Shown piece by piece: positions 9,663 through 14,784 of a stretch of DNA of 14,784 bases. The notes beneath the pieces were generated by a model. It made no database searches, was not told the origin of the DNA, and saw nothing but the letters and a program-made list of their open reading frames with translations. The position numbers and the translations under genes are program-made. Source of the DNA: Octopus sinensis (lineage: Eukaryota); assembly GCF_006345805.1 (NCBI RefSeq), contig NW_021825970.1, forward strand, positions 1-14,784. The letters are read 5' to 3'. The first letter of the stretch is position 1; each line of letters starts with the position of its first letter.

Positions 9663-10029
9663 TATATATATATATATATATATATATATGCATTGTCATG
9701 TACACTGTGTGTGTGTGTGCGCATCTTTCTTTCGATAAAGAAATGCACTTATATAGAAAAAAAGAAAATTTCTTTGTCACTTCGTATAAATTTAACACTC
9801 GTCAGCGAATTGAAAGGGCCCGATGAAGGAGTAGGAGTGGGTGTGGGGTGGGGGTTGTTAGGCCCTTACACTTTCATTTGCGTACATAGTTTCCAAACTG
9901 CAGCGGAAATAGGGGCTCCAACAATGACATTAACACTGATTCACTTAAATAGAGGCTTTATGCTACCTACTCGTGTCCAATTATTGTCAGAGCGGTTCTG
10001 TGATGTTTCCGATAGTTGACAAATTCTAG

Positions 10030-10645
10030 CTACAAGCTATCATCAAATGTTGTAGGAATCTCGATAAGTTTGCTATCGCGACCAACAAAATTCTTCGCCT
10101 GGCTTTTGACAAACGTTCATCAAGTCCACCGTGGTTTTTGTTCCAGAAAGTATGGTAGACTTCTCGAAATCATTTATAAATTTCTTCCAAATTTCCGTCG
10201 CTGAAAAAGGAGTGGCTGTGTGGTAGGTAGCTTGCTTACTAGTCACATGGTCCCGGGTTCAGCCCCACTGCGTGGTACCTTGGGCAAGTGTCTTCTACTA
10301 TAGCCTCGGGCCGACCAAAGCCTTGTGAGTGGATTTGGTAGACGGAAACTGAAAGAAGCCCGTCGTATGTATATATGTGTATATTTATCTGTGTCTGTTC
10401 GTCTCTGTGATTGACCCCCACCCATTGTTTGACAACCGATGTTGGCGTGTTTGCTTCCCCGTAAATTAGCGGTTTGGCAGAAGAGAACAAGCATCAGGCT
10501 TACAAAGAATAAGTCCAGTGGTCGATTCCTTCGACAAAAACGCGGTGCTCCAGCATGGCCGCAGTCAAATAACTGAAACAAATAAATGAAAAACATTTAT
10601 TGATTTGTCCGAGAATCAGTCTTGGAGTATGCGAAAAGATTCTCA
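10030..10645 (-). mobile_element. Probable Ty1/Copia gag relic, interrupted by the SINE at 10209-10586
   Basis: Removing the SINE and one TGAAAAA copy gives a continuous minus-strand frame LILGQINKCFSATEIWKKFINDFEKSTILSGTKTTVDLMNVCQKPGEE, whose residue spacing resembles the copia gag pattern I..C.[ST]A.EIW.K....[FY]E.............L.N....GE (Retrotran_gag_2/UBN2 type, compared from memory). Confidence 0.55.
10209..10586 (+). mobile_element. SINE family A, full length, with 7-bp target-site duplication TGAAAAA
   Basis: Same head/CORE-like body/tail as 8308-8700; TGAAAAA at 10202-10208 and 10587-10593. Confidence 0.92.
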
Positions 10646-10711
10646 CCTAAAACTGAAATATGCATCGCGCTGGTGCATCGCGTTTAATTTTTACCGTTTG
10701 TTATTTTCTAA

Positions 10712-10825
10712 TTCTTTTATTCTATTGCTTGTTTCAGTCATCTGATTGTGGCCATGCTGGAGCACCGCCTTTAATCGAACAAATCGACCCCAGGACTTGT
10801 CCTTTGTAAGCCTAGTACTTATTCT
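10712..10825 (-). mobile_element. 5'-truncated SINE family A (3' end only)
   Basis: Reverse complement AGAATAAGTACTAGGCTTACAAAGG...GGCGGTGCTCCAGCATGGCC...GACTGAAACAAG matches the family A 3' end. Confidence 0.92.
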
Positions 10826-11369
10826 AAGTCATTTTACTCGACTTTACGTCTGTCCACTACAAATATTGGAATCGTGAAATCACTAGAAAACCGTTAAAAG
10901 CGCATAAAATCATGTTATTGTACAATAAATAAGAATAAAAGCATATAAAATCATATTAAAATGTGTACAGTAAATGTTAAGGTACACACCATAAAGTAGT
11001 GTAGCTTAGTGAACAAAATCACGAAAACACCAAACTGTATGTACGTATTGATAAATTTTAAATGATTTAGTTGTTTTTTTTTTACTATTGCAAAATAATA
11101 ATAATTACTGAATTTGTTTTTTAAGTTTAAAAAAGGCTTTTATTTTACTATGTCTTATTGCAAACCGCATTCATAAATAAAGAGTCTACAATGTACGGTA
11201 AACACCGCCAAATTGCATTCGTAAATTTAGATTACTTAGAAGAATTATTCTGTCTAACGCTCTAAAAACTAAAATGTTCTGATGCTCGATCAAAGGCTGC
11301 GGAGGCAGTGGGGATGTATCTTGATGTGTGCCTTCAGCTTCTGAGAAAGGTAACGACAATGGTTGATGA

Positions 11370-11477
11370 AAGGCGGTATAGGATGGCCTTCATAAACAGG
11401 ACTATAACGGTGTTTTTGAAAAGTGGAAGGCGCGCACAGGCTGATGTTAGGTGCGTTCCCATGGTGATTATTTCAAA
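11370..11477 (+). mobile_element. Possible decayed mariner transposase C-terminal remnant
   Basis: One frame reads KAV*DGLHKQDYNGVFEKWKARTG*C*VRSHGDYFK, similar to the mariner end motif F..W..RW.KC....G[DE]YFE; contains stops, no TIRs seen. Confidence 0.4.
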
Positions 11478-11682
11478 ATACCCAAATATAGATAATACAT
11501 AAAAACACTATTTACCAGGGTACTGTGCTGGGGTAATTTTATGCTTATTTTTTTTTTCAAAACATTGGGCTGAAAACTTTCTGATGCTATTTCTAAAGAC
11601 GAGAGTCACTGTTATTCTCTTTCATATGTACTTTCTGTATCCGCGCGCCACGCTTTGTTTAAAAATATACATAATACTATAC

Positions 11683-11960
11683 GTGTGTGTGTGTGTGTGT
11701 GTGTGTTTAAGGATGTATGTATGACGATAGCAAATGATTCGCAGATGTTAATGCTGTTTATATTTGCCGTCAGACAAATGATCCGTCAGTTCCCCCACCT
11801 CCCACTACTTTCTTTCATTATCAGCTCTACTCTCTCTCTCTCTCTCTCTCACTCCTCCTGTAACCCCTCCCTCTCCCCCTTATTCTTTCTCTATACCCCT
11901 CTCTCTTCCTACCCCAATTACATCCCGTTCTCTATACCTCTCCAGCCACCAAATCTCGAC
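11683..11960. repeat. (GT)n at 11683-11706, (CT)n at about 11829-11851 and a surrounding pyrimidine-rich tract
   Basis: Read directly. Confidence 0.8.
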
Positions 11961-12083
11961 ATTATATTCATCAGATGTCTCTCAATTGTGGCGGCAAAAA
12001 GTTTCTAGAGAATCTGATGCGGTTTCGATTCCCGGTTGTTAACTAGCGTTTCCGAGCCCCTTTGCAAATGCCTCCTTCCCTTT

Positions 12084-12094
12084 ATATATGTATG

Positions 12095-12126
<32 letters not shown>

Positions 12127-12144
12127 TGTATGTATGTATGTATG

Positions 12145-12197
<53 letters not shown>
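12084..12197. repeat. (TATG)n-(TA)n microsatellite
   Basis: Read directly. Confidence 0.97.
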
Positions 12198-12201
<4 letters not shown>

Positions 12202-12570
12202 CTTAGACTTAGATATGTTTCAACCAAAGATTGGTCCAGGCCATGTCTAACTTAATAGCACCACCTGATAGGATTATCTAAATCAAGTTTTGCGGTATCA
12301 TGGTCCATTCAAGTAGTGAGTTCTTGTTGAGTTGTATTCAGGTATGGGTGGCTTATCTGGTATTCCTTGAAGAAATCTGTCCAGATTCCGTATAAAGGTG
12401 ATAGGATCCTTTTCCTCTTTTATCAGTTTTGGGACAATGTTAAACAGGGCAGGGCCTGTTGAGGAAAAGAAACTGTCGCAGTGTACCTATATGTTGTGAT
12501 CCTGAATTGGGCAGGGGACGTATGACCCGTGGCTCCAGCCTTCGATGAATCTTGAAGCTAATGTATATCT
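12198..12570 (-). mobile_element. 5'-truncated non-LTR retrotransposon (CR1-group LINE), ORF2 C-terminus plus 3' UTR
   Basis: Minus strand, across two frameshifts: FKIHRRLEPRVIRPLPNSGSQHIGTLR / SFFSSTGPALFNIVPKLIKEEKDPITFIRNLDRFLQGIPDKPPIPEYNS / NKNSLLEW. This fits the GP.LFN.LP...F...LD.FL..IPD.P motif that ends CR1-group ORF2. A 3' hairpin and (CTAAGT)2 tail follow. Confidence 0.8.
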
Positions 12571-12724
12571 TATACAACTACTCAGAAATGCATGCTTTCC
12601 ACAGTCTGACACAGTGAACGACTTTCTTTCAGGCTCAAATATGCCTCAAGCATAGTTGAGGAATAGATCCTGAACGGATAACAAATTTGTATTTATACGC
12701 ATCACTGTTCAGCGCTGTCACCTT

Positions 12725-12850
12725 ATATGTGTGTGCGTATGTGTATGTATGTATGTATGTTGTATGTATGTATGTATGTATGTATGTATGTATGTATGTA
12801 TGTATGTGTGCATTGAGAGAGAGAAAGAGAAAGAGAGAGAAAGAGGGAGA
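12725..12850. repeat. (TATG)n-(GA)n compound microsatellite
   Basis: Read directly. Confidence 0.95.
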
Positions 12851-12968
12851 CAAACAGGGCCAATAATAATTACTCGTCCGGCTTCTATTTTACCTCCATT
12901 ACTCGTCACCAAGTTAGTTCTTGAACGACTTAACCACTTAACTAATTGATAGTTTCATGAATCCTTCG

Positions 12969-13201
12969 AAGGCGGAGAGCTGGCAGAAACGTTAGCACGC
13001 TGGACGAAATGCATAGCCGTATTTCGTCTGCCGCTACGTTCTGAGTTCAAATTCCGCCGAGGTCGACTTTGTCTTTCATCCTTTCGGGGTCGATAAATTA
13101 AGTACCAGTTACGCACTGGGATCGATGTAATCGACTTAATCCGTTTGTCTGTCCTTGTTTGTCCCCTCTGTGTTTAGCCCCTTGTGAGTAGCAAAGAAAT
13201 A
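12969..13201 (+). mobile_element. tRNA-derived SINE family B, intact monomer with perfect 18-bp target-site duplication
   Basis: A-box-like TGGCAGAAACGTTAG (12981), B-box-like GAGTTCAAATTCC (13043-13055); AGTTTCATGAATCCTTCG at 12951-12968 and 13202-13219. Confidence 0.96.
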
Positions 13202-13702
13202 AGTTTCATGAATCCTTCGGTTAATCAATCGGTTATGTTTGCCAAAGTCCTTTCATCGCCGTTCGCGACAGAATCAATACCATGCTGCCCCTGTTCTAGA
13301 TCAGCTTCGTCGTCCCAGGTACTCCCTCCTGATTTACCGTCGTGAATACAATGAACCGCTGACAGATCTACGTTTACAAACCTCTGACCGACGACGTTAT
13401 TGTTCACTATTAAATCTATAACATAAATAAGTAAATAAAATGTTTCTTTTGTTTTGTTTATTTGCCTCGTCAGTGGATCGATAAAATGAAGCAGAAGCTG
13501 TGTGTCATGCTCACCCTTTCTTTTCTCTTCTTCACAGTGACAAAGATAAATTTAGTTCTGAAACTATTGATCCTCCGTTTTTAGATCGATCGATCAATCA
13601 AAAAGTGAGACAAATAAGCAGACAATCTATTTTGATCTCGGTGCTGAGGTGGGTGGCACGAGTGGAAATATTGATGGTGGGGGGGCAGCGTTGTTTAGTC
13701 TC

Positions 13703-13826
13703 GCGAAGGTAACGGGCAGCCAGAATCGTCAGAGCATCGGAAGCAAAATGCTTTATACTATTTCTTCCGACTCGGGTTCTGAGTTCAAAATCTGACGAGG
13801 TCGACAGCGATCGATAAAATAAACAC
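13703..13826 (+). mobile_element. Old, degenerate family B-related SINE
   Basis: CAGAATCGTCAGAGCATCGG...AAAATGCTT...GTTCTGAGTTCAAAATCTGACGAGGTCGAC...TCGATAAAATAA. Confidence 0.7.
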
Positions 13827-14113
13827 ACGTCAAGTGTTCGATTTGCCCTTTCATTCAAAATTTCTGGCCTATTCCCACTGTGGCAGAAATACTTTCCCCC
13901 AGGGGCGGCACAGTTTAACGCCGCCTCCCTCACTTGTGTTCTATGTTATTCCAACTATAGTACTTCATATGGTGCCACAGTTCCTCGCGATCGACTTTCC
14001 ATGTGTGAAGTGTACGATGTATAAAAATATATATTGATCGGCGACTAGATGACACAGATTTCAGCTTACCACGTGACTCGCAGCTTTACGTTGTCCATTG
14101 TTCTCTACTTTAA

Positions 14114-14345
14114 CCCTTTCAGGTCGGGGGTAAATAGCAAGTCTTTTCATGCGGGACGCAAAAAAAATAATAAATAAAAAAAATAAGGGAATAAATACAT
14201 GATGATAATCAATCAACTCGCTTATTACACAAATGTGGCTCATACACCACAGCCGTCTTCAGAATTTAGCAGTTTTAGTAAGCCACACCCGTCCTCTACA
14301 GAAGAAAGCATGTTGTGTCAATAAGACACGCCCGACCCTAAAGGG
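14114..14345. mobile_element. piggyBac-type non-autonomous element (MITE), 232 bp, TTAA target duplication
   Basis: TTAA(14110-14113)-CCCTTTCAGGTCGGGGG ... CGCCCGACCCTAAAGGG-TTAA(14346-14349); imperfect 17-bp inverted repeats (14/17) starting with CCC. Confidence 0.75.
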
Positions 14346-14399
14346 TTAAGGCTACCAACTTAGTCTCCTTGTGTGTACGTAGGTACACACGTGCGTTTA

Positions 14400-14582
14400 T
14401 ATAATATAATATGATATAACACACACACACACACATATATATATGTATATGTATATATATATATAATGTGAAATAGAAAGATGAATAATCTTGTAGCAGA
14501 TTAATCAAAAGTTTAACCGATACCTTGGTAGCAAAAATCACGTTCAGCTCCATTTCTTCAATTCACTAATATATTATATAAT

Positions 14583-14641
<59 letters not shown>

Positions 14642-14690
14642 GTATGTAGTATGTATGTATGTATGTATGTATGTATGTATGTATGTATAA
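14400..14690. repeat. TA-rich zone with (AC)n, (TA)n and (TATG)n microsatellites
   Basis: Read directly. Confidence 0.9.
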
Positions 14691-14784
14691 TGGCACAAAA
14701 GCTCACAGGCATATATGCTATTGTTAAATTTTTCTTTCTAGCTTCTACTTCATTTAGAACTGCTTTATCTATGTATAATAGATC

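Larger units (their letters stand above)
7770..9689 (+). repeat. ~958-bp direct tandem duplication: (TA)n-[SINE A1 + SINE A2]-(TA)n-[SINE A1 + SINE A2]-(TA)n
   Basis: 7846-8700 and 8804-9662 align end to end, differing at about 10 sites, apparently all 1-2 nt indels. Confidence 0.97.

Noticed and set aside
7846-10586. Repeated ORFs (66, 69, 97, 121, 83, 91, 117 aa) as a multicopy gene family or CRISPR-like array
   Set aside because: They are translations of SINE copies and TA/TG tracts; there is no short repeat-spacer architecture, and the DNA is eukaryotic.
10896-10975. Degenerate ~40-bp AT-rich direct repeat
   Set aside because: Two low-complexity units, ordinary local slippage with no sign of function.
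12969-13060. tRNA gene
   Set aside because: A/B boxes are present but the sequence continues into a SINE body with a TSD; no complete cloverleaf is evident.
13790-13850. CTGACGA-stem-GATA hammerhead-like arrangement
   Set aside because: GATA instead of GAAA, no stems I/III, and it lies in a degenerate SINE body.

Overview
Eukaryotic, AT-rich DNA crowded with microsatellites and tRNA-derived SINEs. The SINE families look like those of octopus (recalled from memory, not searched). The only well-supported gene is the first coding exon of an aquaporin (MIP family) on the + strand: 1037-1684, 216 codons, TM1-TM5 plus the first NPA box, ending at a phase-0 GTAAGT donor. I found no exon carrying the second NPA/TM6, so the remaining ~13 kb reads as one intron. 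That intron holds two SINE families (a CORE-like type and a second type with a Meta/beta-like body), a ~958-bp tandem duplication of a SINE pair, a 5'-truncated CR1-group LINE, a piggyBac-type TTAA MITE, a probable Copia gag relic split by a SINE, a possible mariner remnant and a degenerate ~57-bp minisatellite. The most interesting biology is the channel's non-orthodox selectivity filter (Ala and Ile where water-specific aquaporins have Phe and His). Almost all other ORFs in the track are microsatellite or SINE artefacts. I see no evidence for a novel multi-gene system.
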